Shown here: positions 34,591 through 43,192 of the stretch, in pieces
How the letters are laid out: the number at the start of each line of letters is the position of its first letter
How positions within the stretch are numbered: the stretch's first letter is position 1
Assembly: GCA_036985955.1 (NCBI GenBank)
Contig: BTQQ01000001.1
Location: 1-54,361 of the forward strand
Length of the DNA: 54,361 nucleotides
From: Zetaproteobacteria bacterium
Lineage (GTDB): Bacteria > Pseudomonadota > Zetaproteobacteria > Mariprofundales > Mariprofundaceae
Direction of reading: 5' to 3'
The notes under the pieces: generated by a model
Databases searched by the model: none
What the model was told of the DNA's origin: nothing
The model's input: the letters and a program-made list of their open reading frames with translations, nothing else
Position numbers and translations under genes: made by a program

Positions 34591-36924
34591 ATGGCAGCAG
34601 CTGAACCGATAAATTTCGCCAGTGAAGGCGATATTGAGGAATATGAAGCAGGATTAAAGGCATTCCTGGACGGGCGTATGCCCGAGGAACGCTTTACGCC
34701 GTTCCGGTTGCAAATGGGTGTGTATGGCCAGCGGCAGGATGGTGTGCAGATGATGCGCATAAAACTACCCGGTGGCTGTTTGACGCCCGCGCAACTGGAT
34801 GTGATTGCTGATATTGTGGACCAGTATGCTGGTGAGCTTGGCGCACCCAAGCTGGCACATGTGACAACGCGGCAGGATATTCAGGCGCATTTTCTGCGTC
34901 TGGAGGATACGCCTGCCATCCTGCGTAAGCTGGCCAAAGCTGGTATGACCACGCGCGAGGCTTGCGGCAATACTGTACGCAACGTGACATCATGTTTCCT
35001 GTCCGGTGTATGCCCCGCCGAACATGCCAATGTTAATGTGCATGCTCAGCGTTTTGCCGATTTTTATTTACGGCATCCATTGACGCAGCAATTTCCACGT
35101 AAATTCAAGGTTACCTTTTCAGGTTGTGCCACGGACTGCGGGCTTTCGGCTATGCATGACATCGGCTTTATAGCGAAAACGGAAAACGGCAACCATGGTT
35201 TTGAGGTCTGGGCGGCCGGTGGGTTGTCCACCCATCCGGTTTCGGCCATTAAACTCGAAGACTTTATCGAGGAGAAAGAACTCCTGCTGGTTGGTGAAGC
35301 GCTGATGCGCATTCATTTCAAGTATTCGGACCGCAAACATCGTGCGCGGGCGCGCATGAAATATGTATTGATGAAGCTCGGCGCTGAAGGCTTTATTGAC
35401 CTGTATCGCAAGGAACGTGCGGCTGTGGAAAAGGCGCACGGTACTGATTCGGGGTATCCCGAAGCGAACTGGCGTGAACCGTCCGGCCCGCTTCCGTTTC
35501 ATGGTGACCCAGTAGTGGATCAGCATGATAGTCGCAAGGCTGTGCTGCTCAATCTGTTCCGTGGTGATCTGACACCGGCGCAGTGCCATGCCGTAGCAGA
35601 GGCGGCACGTGTGGGTGGTAGCAATGATATTCGCGTTACGCCCGAACAGGGCGTGGTCGTTACCGGTGTTGTACCGGAAAAAACGGATGAGGTAATAGCT
35701 ATTCTGGATGCCGCCAGGATTACAACCAGGCATGCACGTGGTATTTCCGATGTGACGGCGTGCCCCGGTGTGGAATCCTGCCGGTTGGCCATTACCAATT
35801 CCTATGGACTGGCCGATACCATTAAACCGGAGCTTGAAAAGTTGACCGTGAACTATCCCGATCTTGCCGGGATACAGGTTAAAATTTCGGGGTGCCAACA
35901 CTCCTGTGGCCAACATCATATCGCCGATCTCGGGTTCCACGGCCTGGCGAAGAAGATCGAGAGCAGGGCCGTGCCACATTATCAATTGCATGTTGGCGGT
36001 TCAGGTAAGGCGGGCGAGGCTTTTGGTTATGCCACGAATCCCGTACCAGCCAAGCGTGCGCCGGAAGCGGGAATCGCCGTGCTTCGTACCTATCAGGAGG
36101 AGCGGGAAACGGATGAAAGCGTGCATGATTGGGCGGCCCGCGTTGGCAAGGATGGCATCAATGCTATTTTGGCACCATTTTCCGCCGGTGAGGGCGAGGT
36201 TGAAGGGTTGATGTATGACTGGAGCGAGAATCAGCCCTTCTCGACCAAAGATAACAAGCCGGGCGAGTGCGCCGCCGCCGTGGTTGGCATGACCGATGCG
36301 CTGGTCGCCGAGGCTCAATATGAATTGCGTGTCGGCACTGCCCATCTGGATTCCATGTTCTGGGCTGAGGCATTGGAGGGCTACAAGCAGTCCGCCATCT
36401 CTGCCGCACGAGCCTTTCTGGTCGTCTACGGTGAAAAGCCGGAGGATGATGCGCAAGTTTTTGGCCTGCTGGCTGGCCTTGCCGTGGCCGACAAGGAGGT
36501 CTCCGGCGGCTTGGCCAAGGCAACATCGGCATTAATGAACGTCAATATCGCCGATCCTGCGCCGGGTGTCACCGCCTTGCGGGATGTGGTTGAAGCATTT
36601 GTTGATCTTGCGTCCGTCCGGTTTGCACCGGTGCCTCAGGAAGAATCCAAAGCACCGGATGCACCTGCCGCGAAACAGACATCAGCCGGAGATGGAGAAC
36701 CGATTCTGCTAGACCTCACAGGTGTGGCCTGTCCGATGAATTTCGTCAAGACTAAACTGAAACTGGAAACGCTGCCGGCTGGCGCGCGTCTGTCAGTGAT
36801 TCTTGATGATGGCGAACCCATCGAGAATGTTCCGCGTTCCCTGGAAGAACAGGGGCAGAAGGTACTTGCGCAGGAGAAAATTTCTGACAGCCAGTGGAAG
36901 ATTCTGGTGGAGAAGTCTGCCTAA
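34591..36924 (+). CDS. Ferredoxin-type sulfite (nitrite) reductase fused to a helical linker domain and a C-terminal TusA/SirA domain
   Basis: Siroheme/4Fe-4S motifs are CPGVESC and GCQHSCGQH. The last 73 aa (36703-36921) read LDLTGVACPMNFVKTKLKLETL..., which is TusA-like. Confidence 0.85.
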   Translation: MAAAEPINFASEGDIEEYEAGLKAFLDGRMPEERFTPFRLQMGVYGQRQDGVQMMRIKLPGGCLTPAQLDVIADIVDQYAGELGAPKLAHVTTRQDIQAHFLRLEDTPAILRKLAKAGMTTREACGNTVRNVTSCFLSGVCPAEHANVNVHAQRFADFYLRHPLTQQFPRKFKVTFSGCATDCGLSAMHDIGFIAKTENGNHGFEVWAAGGLSTHPVSAIKLEDFIEEKELLLVGEALMRIHFKYSDRKHRARARMKYVLMKLGAEGFIDLYRKERAAVEKAHGTDSGYPEANWREPSGPLPFHGDPVVDQHDSRKAVLLNLFRGDLTPAQCHAVAEAARVGGSNDIRVTPEQGVVVTGVVPEKTDEVIAILDAARITTRHARGISDVTACPGVESCRLAITNSYGLADTIKPELEKLTVNYPDLAGIQVKISGCQHSCGQHHIADLGFHGLAKKIESRAVPHYQLHVGGSGKAGEAFGYATNPVPAKRAPEAGIAVLRTYQEERETDESVHDWAARVGKDGINAILAPFSAGEGEVEGLMYDWSENQPFSTKDNKPGECAAAVVGMTDALVAEAQYELRVGTAHLDSMFWAEALEGYKQSAISAARAFLVVYGEKPEDDAQVFGLLAGLAVADKEVSGGLAKATSALMNVNIADPAPGVTALRDVVEAFVDLASVRFAPVPQEESKAPDAPAAKQTSAGDGEPILLDLTGVACPMNFVKTKLKLETLPAGARLSVILDDGEPIENVPRSLEEQGQKVLAQEKISDSQWKILVEKSA

Positions 36925-36939
36925 ACAGCGGCCAAAATC

Positions 36940-38166
36940 ATGACGATTTTTGATAATTCCGGCCGTACCAAGTTGGCCCTGGTGACGCACGGCGTAACGC
37001 TTCCCGATGGTTTGCCACAGGCCTCTCACTGGATTTCCCAGGCCAATGCCGTGGAAACGGTACTGGATATGCGCCTTCCCAGTGGGCACTTTGCAACCGT
37101 TCCTGTAGCCCAGCCGTTTACGGAGAAGAGTCCGATTGCACTGCATGTTACGGAAGATGGATGTGAACTGGCACACGAAGGTGAGAGGCTGCACGTGGAA
37201 TTGCTTGCGGCGCCTAAATATTACCATCGGACGACACGCGCCGGTGCCCGTATGGGGAGCTTCTCGTCGCTGCATGATAAATTACTGATTTTGCATCCGC
37301 TGATGGGCTGTGGGTTTTTCGCCGATCAGGGGAAGGCCTGCCAGTACTGTCAGTATGATTCGATGCTGAATGAAGCGATCCCACCGTTACGCGATCCGCT
37401 GGAACTGGTGGAGGTGGTGCGGGCGGCGCTGGCCGAGCGTGAAGTGGACACGGTGTATCTGTACAATGGTCATGTGCCGGGGGATCAGGCGGGACTGGAT
37501 CGTCTGATTTCGCTAATTGCACTGTTGCGCCGTCACCTGGGGCATCGTCAAATTGCATTGGAAACCGTAGCGCCACGCGATACCTCCATGATCGACGACC
37601 TGTATGCCGCAGGGCTGGATGTGCTGATTTGCAATCTTGAATTATTCGATGAAGAACGATTTGCCACTGTCTGTCCCGGCAAACAGGCCGAAGGCGGTCA
37701 GGAAGCGATATGGCGCGCGCTTGGGCATGCTGCTTCGGTATTCCGCGAGGGAGCGGTTGTCAGCCACCTGATTTTGGGTCTGGAACCGGTGAAATCGACG
37801 ATTTCCGGCATGGAAGCCCTGGTGGAACATGGCGTGGTGCCGTTGTTGATTCCCTTTCGCCCATTGCCAGGGACGCCTTTGGAACATACGGCCCTTCCGG
37901 ATATGGATGCCGCCGAGGAAGCCTTTCTCGCATTGTATGACATTCTGGCGGCATCCGGTTTGCCGACGCATCGTTTGCGCGATATGGGGCGTGTGCTTAC
38001 GCCAATGGAAAGCAGGGTGCTGGTAGGGCGAGAGGTATCCTTGCCGGAACGCCTGACGTTGACTCCTGTGGGCAGAAAGATGGGTGGATGGTTCGATGCC
38101 TTGCGGCGTACACTCAGAGTACAATATACCGATTCAGAAACGGGACGGGGCGGGACAGGACACTAG
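36940..38166 (+). CDS. Uncharacterised radical-SAM-like protein with a C-X9-C-X2-C motif
   Basis: CGFFADQGKACQYCQY (C124, C134, C137), followed by TIM-barrel-like alternating segments (VYLYNG, ALETV, VLICNLELFDE, HLILGL, PLLIPFRP). No family could be assigned by eye. Confidence 0.55.
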   Translation: MTIFDNSGRTKLALVTHGVTLPDGLPQASHWISQANAVETVLDMRLPSGHFATVPVAQPFTEKSPIALHVTEDGCELAHEGERLHVELLAAPKYYHRTTRAGARMGSFSSLHDKLLILHPLMGCGFFADQGKACQYCQYDSMLNEAIPPLRDPLELVEVVRAALAEREVDTVYLYNGHVPGDQAGLDRLISLIALLRRHLGHRQIALETVAPRDTSMIDDLYAAGLDVLICNLELFDEERFATVCPGKQAEGGQEAIWRALGHAASVFREGAVVSHLILGLEPVKSTISGMEALVEHGVVPLLIPFRPLPGTPLEHTALPDMDAAEEAFLALYDILAASGLPTHRLRDMGRVLTPMESRVLVGREVSLPERLTLTPVGRKMGGWFDALRRTLRVQYTDSETGRGGTGH

Positions 38167-38167
38167 G

Positions 38168-39595
38168 ATGCCAGTCATTTTTGATAACCGGCCCATGCAC
38201 GTATTGCTGGCGCAGAAGGGACTGCCGTTTGCGGCACTGGCTTTCCTTGCGGTGATAGCATGGTGGGCGGTGGGACAAGAGGTGCCTGCCGGATTGAGTC
38301 ATTCTGGCTGGCGCGCCATCATTGTTTTTACCCTTTGTCTTGTTCTCTGGATATCCCAATTATTGCCATTAGCGGTTACTGCTATCCTGGGACTGGCTTT
38401 GCTGCCCTTACTGGATGTGATGCCGGCTAATGAAACCTTTGCCTTGTTCGGTAACCCTGCCGTGTTTTTTATTCTGGGCGCATTTATGCTGGCTGCGGGC
38501 GTGATCAAGTCCGGGCTCTCCGAACATCTTGCTCTGGCCTTGCTGGAACGGGTGGGATCAAGTCCCCGGCGATTACTGCTGGCAATGCTGTTGTTGCCCG
38601 CATTCATGGCTTTCTTTATGCCTGAACATGCCGTGGCAGCGGTATTTCTTCCGCTTGCATGGGAGGTTGTCCGGGCGCTTGGGCTCAAGCCGGGAGACCG
38701 GTATGCACAATCGGTGTTTCTTGCTATGGCATGGGGCGCCATCGTAGGCGGCGTTGCCACCTTGCTGGGTGGTGCACGCGGACCGCTGGCCATGGCGCTG
38801 GTACAGGAATTAGCCGGTAAATCATTTTCGTTCCTTGACTGGACCATCGCCGCAGCACCACTGGTTGCCGGTATGCTGGCCGTCGGTGCTGTATTGCTTC
38901 TTTTGGTTACGCCAGTTCATGGGATTGATGTTGGGTCCGTCCGCGAAACAATTGAGAAGAAACGGCTGGAATCCGGTTTGCTTAATTGGCAAGGGCGTAT
39001 CATGGCTCTGTTGATGGTTGTGACCATCATCGCATGGCTGTTTGCAGGGCATGCGGTCGGACTTGCCAGTATTGCTCTAATCAGCGTCGTATGCATGTTT
39101 GCACTGCGGCTGGTTTCATGGAAAGAAATTCAGGCAAACGTAAGCTGGGATGTGGTCTTGCTATACGGTGGGGCGATAGCCATCGGCAAGGCGATTGCCG
39201 TGACGGGCGCGGGCGCATGGTTGGCTTCATGGTTGTTGCCAGTGGGTGCAGCGGGTTTGGGATTATTATTTCTGATGGCGTTGGCGACTTTGCTGTTAAC
39301 CGAGGGGGTAAGCAATTCTGCCGCCGTGGCCATTATGTTGCCTGTGGCGATTCCGGCAGGGCTGGCTGCAGGCATGAATCTCGTGACTGTATCCATGGCC
39401 GTTGGAATTGTTGCGGGATTTGCCTTCATGTTACCCATGGGAACGCCGCCCAATGCCATGATTTTTGCTACAGGCTACGTGAAAACTGCCACAATGTTGC
39501 GCTATGGAGCTCTCATGTCTGTCGCGGCATTCACCCTGTTTGCATTGACGGTCTGGTTGTGGTGGCCTCTTGCAGGCATTGGAGTGATGAAGTGA
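38168..39595 (+). CDS. SLC13/DASS-family anion permease (probable sulfate transporter)
   Basis: Polytopic 475-aa protein with DASS-like repeated hairpin regions (TEGVSNSAAVAIMLP, MLPMGTPPNAMIF). The ATG lies 1 nt after the preceding stop. Confidence 0.8.
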   Translation: MPVIFDNRPMHVLLAQKGLPFAALAFLAVIAWWAVGQEVPAGLSHSGWRAIIVFTLCLVLWISQLLPLAVTAILGLALLPLLDVMPANETFALFGNPAVFFILGAFMLAAGVIKSGLSEHLALALLERVGSSPRRLLLAMLLLPAFMAFFMPEHAVAAVFLPLAWEVVRALGLKPGDRYAQSVFLAMAWGAIVGGVATLLGGARGPLAMALVQELAGKSFSFLDWTIAAAPLVAGMLAVGAVLLLLVTPVHGIDVGSVRETIEKKRLESGLLNWQGRIMALLMVVTIIAWLFAGHAVGLASIALISVVCMFALRLVSWKEIQANVSWDVVLLYGGAIAIGKAIAVTGAGAWLASWLLPVGAAGLGLLFLMALATLLLTEGVSNSAAVAIMLPVAIPAGLAAGMNLVTVSMAVGIVAGFAFMLPMGTPPNAMIFATGYVKTATMLRYGALMSVAAFTLFALTVWLWWPLAGIGVMK

Positions 39596-40314
39596 ACACA
39601 TCGGCATTGATTGAGTCCACCGTAGCACTACTGCGGCAAGCCAGAGACAAACATGGCGACCGTCTGATTTACCCCTGTGCCATGGGTTCGGAAGGAATGG
39701 TTCAGATTGATCTGATCTGCAAACAGGTCACCGGAATTCGTATTATGACGCTGGACACGGGTCGCCTGCCACAGGCTACCTATGAATTGATGCAGAAAGT
39801 GCGCGAGCATTATGGTATTGATCTGGAAATCATGTTTCCAGACCGGGATGAGGTTGAGGCCATGGTGCGCGAACGCGGAGTGAACCTGTTTTATCACTCG
39901 GTTGAAAACCGCAAACTTTGCTGTGGTATACGCAAAGTGCACCCGCTTAAACGGGCGCTTACCGGTATGGAAGCATGGATCACGGGACGACGCCGGGATC
40001 AATCGGAGAACCGTGCGGTAGTTCAACCGGTTGAGGATGATCCGGTTTTTGGCCTGATAAAGTATAATCCCATGCTTGACTGGACGGAAAGCGATATCTG
40101 GGCCTATATCCGGGAGCATGATGTGCCTTATAACCGCTTACACGATGAACATTATGTCTCGATTGGATGCGAATGTTGTACCCGTGCCATTACCGCCGGA
40201 GAAGACCCGCGCGCCGGGCGCTGGTGGTGGGAGAACGAAGACACCCTGGCTGAATGCGGGCTGCATGTCAGTTCACTGAATGCGGGTGAAGGAGAGGCGG
40301 GTGAGGGGATATAG
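39592..40314 (+). CDS. cysH: Assimilatory adenylyl-sulfate (APS) reductase, Fe-S type
   Basis: KLCCGIRK plus GCECC cysteines and the C-terminal ECGLH. The GTG start overlaps the permease stop (GTGA), after GGAG. The track ORF (38986) is an artefactual upstream extension. Confidence 0.9.
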   Translation: MNTSALIESTVALLRQARDKHGDRLIYPCAMGSEGMVQIDLICKQVTGIRIMTLDTGRLPQATYELMQKVREHYGIDLEIMFPDRDEVEAMVRERGVNLFYHSVENRKLCCGIRKVHPLKRALTGMEAWITGRRRDQSENRAVVQPVEDDPVFGLIKYNPMLDWTESDIWAYIREHDVPYNRLHDEHYVSIGCECCTRAITAGEDPRAGRWWWENEDTLAECGLHVSSLNAGEGEAGEGI

Positions 40315-40323
40315 GAGAAACAA

Positions 40324-41232
40324 ATGAGTGAACACAGACTCACGCAACTCAAGACGCTGGAAGCGGAGTCCATCCACATCATGCGGGAAGTGGTGGCCGA
40401 GTTTCGCAATCCGGTCATGCTTTATTCCATTGGTAAGGATTCCAGTGTGATGTTGCATCTGGCACGCAAGGCTTTTTATCCTGCGCCGTTGCCATTTCCA
40501 CTGTTGCATGTGGATACTGCCTATAAGTTTCCCGAGATGTATGAATTTCGTGAATGGTTTGTGAAGGAAATTGGTGCGGAGTTGATTGTCAGGCGTAATG
40601 AAGACGCTATCAATAAGGGAATGAATCCCAAGGAATACGGCGTGGCGCGATGCTGCGGTGCATTGAAGACGCAGGGTCTGCTGGATGCGCTGGAAGAGGG
40701 GAATTACGATGCCGCTTTTGGCGGTGCGCGGCGCGACGAGGAGCGCAGCCGTGCCAAGGAGCGCGTGTTTTCCATTCGTGATGAATTCGGTCAGTGGGAT
40801 CCGAAGAACCAGCGGCCTGAATTGTGGGATATCTACAATGGCCGTATCCATGAGGGCGAGAGTGTACGCGTATTCCCCTTGTCCAACTGGACGGAAATGG
40901 ATATCTGGCTCTATATCCGCGAAGAAAATATCCCGATCGTGCCGTTGTATTATGCCAAAAAGCGGCCGATGGTGGAACGGGGAAGTCTGCTGATTCCGTA
41001 TTATGAAGAAACAAAGGATCAGCTTTTGAAAGGCGAAGAACCAACAATGGTGATGAGCCGTTTCCGAACACTGGGCTGTATGCCATGCACGGGGGCTGTG
41101 CGTTCCAATGCTACTACGATTGATGAAATCGTGGCGGAGGCCGCTGCTGCGCGCAGAAGCGAGCGCGAAACACGCATTATCGATCATGGCGCCAATACCA
41201 TGGAAGACAAGAAGAAAGAAGGGTATTTTTAG
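40324..41232 (+). CDS. cysD: Sulfate adenylyltransferase subunit 2
   Basis: 302 aa with PAPS-reductase-fold motifs ([23 protein letters not shown]). Confidence 0.95.
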   Translation: MSEHRLTQLKTLEAESIHIMREVVAEFRNPVMLYSIGKDSSVMLHLARKAFYPAPLPFPLLHVDTAYKFPEMYEFREWFVKEIGAELIVRRNEDAINKGMNPKEYGVARCCGALKTQGLLDALEEGNYDAAFGGARRDEERSRAKERVFSIRDEFGQWDPKNQRPELWDIYNGRIHEGESVRVFPLSNWTEMDIWLYIREENIPIVPLYYAKKRPMVERGSLLIPYYEETKDQLLKGEEPTMVMSRFRTLGCMPCTGAVRSNATTIDEIVAEAAAARRSERETRIIDHGANTMEDKKKEGYF

Positions 41233-41234
41233 AG

Positions 41235-42509
41235 ATGACAGCAAATATCAATTTTAAACTCAGCCAGACTATCCAACTGCTGCGACTGGCTACGGTAGGC
41301 AGTGTAGATGATGGCAAATCAACCCTGATTGGCCGTCTTCTGGTGGATACCAAAGGAGCTTTTGAGGATCAGTTGCTTTCAGTAACGCGCAAGAAAGGTG
41401 CTGCATCAGAGGCTGAAGTAGATCTTGCCATGTTGACGGATGGTTTATCCGCCGAACGCGAACAGGGCATCACGATTGATGTCGCATACCGTTATTTTGC
41501 TACGCCGAAACGAAAATTTATCATGGCTGACTGTCCAGGCCACGAGCAATACACACGCAATATGGTAACAGGGGCTTCTACGGCCAATGCCGCCATCATC
41601 CTGATTGACGCTCGCAATGGGGTCATGCCGCAAACCAAAAGGCATACGCATATCCTGGGCCTGCTGGGAACGCCTCATCTGGTTGTTGCCATCAATAAAA
41701 TGGACATGGTGGAGTATGATCAGGGTATATTTGAGAAAATTCGTACCGATATCAACGCTTATTGTGAAAAACAGGGGATCAAGGATCTGAGTTGTATTCC
41801 AATATCGGCTTTGCATGGCGATATGGTAGTTACGCGCGGCGATTCCATGCCCTGGTATAAAGACAGAACATTGCTGGAAACACTTGAATCGATTGAAGTA
41901 ACCGACCATATCGAGCGCTTGCCGTTCCGTTTTGCAGTGCAATATGTCAATCGTCCGCAAACAGAAAATCTACCAGACTTCCGGGGTTATTGCGGCCGCA
42001 TCAATTCCGGCACTGTACGTGTCGGTGATACGGTAGCGTTATTACCAAGCGGCAAGACATCCCGCATTAAGGAAATTGTCACGTTTGACGGAAATCCGGA
42101 TGAAGCATTTGCACCACAGAGTGTAACACTGACATTGGCGGATGATATTGATATTTCACGTGGTGATATGATTGTACATTCAGACCCAATACCTGAAATA
42201 CGCAAGGAAATTGAAGGAATAGTCTGCTGGATAGGTGATGAACCGTTGGAAGTACGCAAAAAATATATCATTAAGCAAACTACGAACTCAGTGCGGGCCG
42301 TTGCAACGGATATTGTTTATCGCACCGATATTCACACCTTGAATCGAGATGATGCAGACGAACTGGGAGTCAATGAAATTGGCCGGGTGAGCTTTAAACT
42401 GGCACAGCCAATTTATTGCGATACGTATGCGGACAATCGCGCCACCGGCAGCTTTATCATTATTGATACGTTTACCAATATTACGGTTGGCGCCGGCATG
42501 ATTTGTTGA
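41235..42509 (+). CDS. cysN: Sulfate adenylyltransferase subunit 1 (GTPase, no APS-kinase domain)
   Basis: G-domain motifs GSVDDGKST, DCPGH and NKMD. At 424 aa it lacks a CysC fusion. Confidence 0.93.
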   Translation: MTANINFKLSQTIQLLRLATVGSVDDGKSTLIGRLLVDTKGAFEDQLLSVTRKKGAASEAEVDLAMLTDGLSAEREQGITIDVAYRYFATPKRKFIMADCPGHEQYTRNMVTGASTANAAIILIDARNGVMPQTKRHTHILGLLGTPHLVVAINKMDMVEYDQGIFEKIRTDINAYCEKQGIKDLSCIPISALHGDMVVTRGDSMPWYKDRTLLETLESIEVTDHIERLPFRFAVQYVNRPQTENLPDFRGYCGRINSGTVRVGDTVALLPSGKTSRIKEIVTFDGNPDEAFAPQSVTLTLADDIDISRGDMIVHSDPIPEIRKEIEGIVCWIGDEPLEVRKKYIIKQTTNSVRAVATDIVYRTDIHTLNRDDADELGVNEIGRVSFKLAQPIYCDTYADNRATGSFIIIDTFTNITVGAGMIC

Positions 42510-42516
42510 CTGTATC

Positions 42517-42566
42517 TTGACAACAACGGGATCTGACCTAAAATCCTGACCGATTGGTTGGTCAGG
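42517..42566 (+). promoter_or_regulatory. Near-consensus sigma-70 promoter plus palindromic candidate TetR operator
   Basis: TTGACA (42517-42522), a 16-nt spacer, then TAAAAT (42539-42544). An inverted repeat CCTGACC/GGTCAGG (42545-42551 / 42560-42566) overlaps the leader and SD of the TetR gene. Confidence 0.5.
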
Positions 42567-42574
42567 AGAAAGCG

Positions 42575-43192
42575 ATGGTACGGGTATCAAACGGTGAAAA
42601 GCGCATTCTGGAAGCGGCGGAAAACTTGTTTTCCAGACATGGCTTTGATGCTGTTTCCATCCAGAAAATCGCTACGCAGGCAGGCGTGTCCAAGGCTACG
42701 ATCTTCCATCACTTTTCCAGTAAACAGGAACTTTATATCACCATATTGAAGCAGGCCTGCCTCGATATTGGCACTATTTTGCAATCTCTGGAGAAAGAAC
42801 CCTGTACATCCGTTAAGCCACTGCGCGACTTCGCCAGCGCCCATTTGAAAAATATGTTCGACCAGCAGGATGTGTCCCGCCTGATTCTGCGCGAGATGAC
42901 GGATGGAGATATCAAACAGGGCCAGGCATTGGCTGTTGAAGTGTTTGGTGAACATTTTTCACGGCTGATTGTGTTGATTCAAAGCGGACAACAGGAAGGG
43001 GTGTTGCGCAAGAATATGGATGCGGCTGACGCAGCGGCCGCTATTGTGGGATTGAATGTTTTTATGTTCCAGTCATGGTCGGTGCTTCAGCATTTGCCGG
43101 CAACATCTTTTACAGATCCGGCTCATACCGGGGAACGCTGGCTCCGTTTATTGCTTCTGGGCATTACGGACAAGGAAGAAACTGCAGCATGA
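42575..43192 (+). CDS. TetR/AcrR family transcriptional regulator
   Basis: HTH VSIQKIATQAGVSKATIFHHFSSKQELY. ATG at 42575 follows AGGAG. Confidence 0.9.
   Translation: MVRVSNGEKRILEAAENLFSRHGFDAVSIQKIATQAGVSKATIFHHFSSKQELYITILKQACLDIGTILQSLEKEPCTSVKPLRDFASAHLKNMFDQQDVSRLILREMTDGDIKQGQALAVEVFGEHFSRLIVLIQSGQQEGVLRKNMDAADAAAAIVGLNVFMFQSWSVLQHLPATSFTDPAHTGERWLRLLLLGITDKEETAA

Noticed and set aside
35119-35991. 290-aa minus-strand ORF
   Set aside because: It is antisense to the well-supported sulfite reductase gene and has no recognisable motifs. Long antisense frames like this are typical inside a conserved gene.
38986-39591. 202-codon upstream extension of the cysH reading frame
   Set aside because: It lies entirely inside the SLC13 permease gene in another frame and gives a Cys/Arg/Gly-rich nonsense peptide. 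The true cysH start is the GTG at 39592, which follows GGAG.
40273-41244. 323-aa minus-strand ORF
   Set aside because: It is antisense to cysD, whose identity is unambiguous. The peptide is low-information and has no start context.
43075-43188. Upstream extension of the RND adaptor ORF
   Set aside because: It overlaps the TetR gene. The ATG at 43189 gives an ATGA-coupled start and a proper lipoprotein signal (LISAC).
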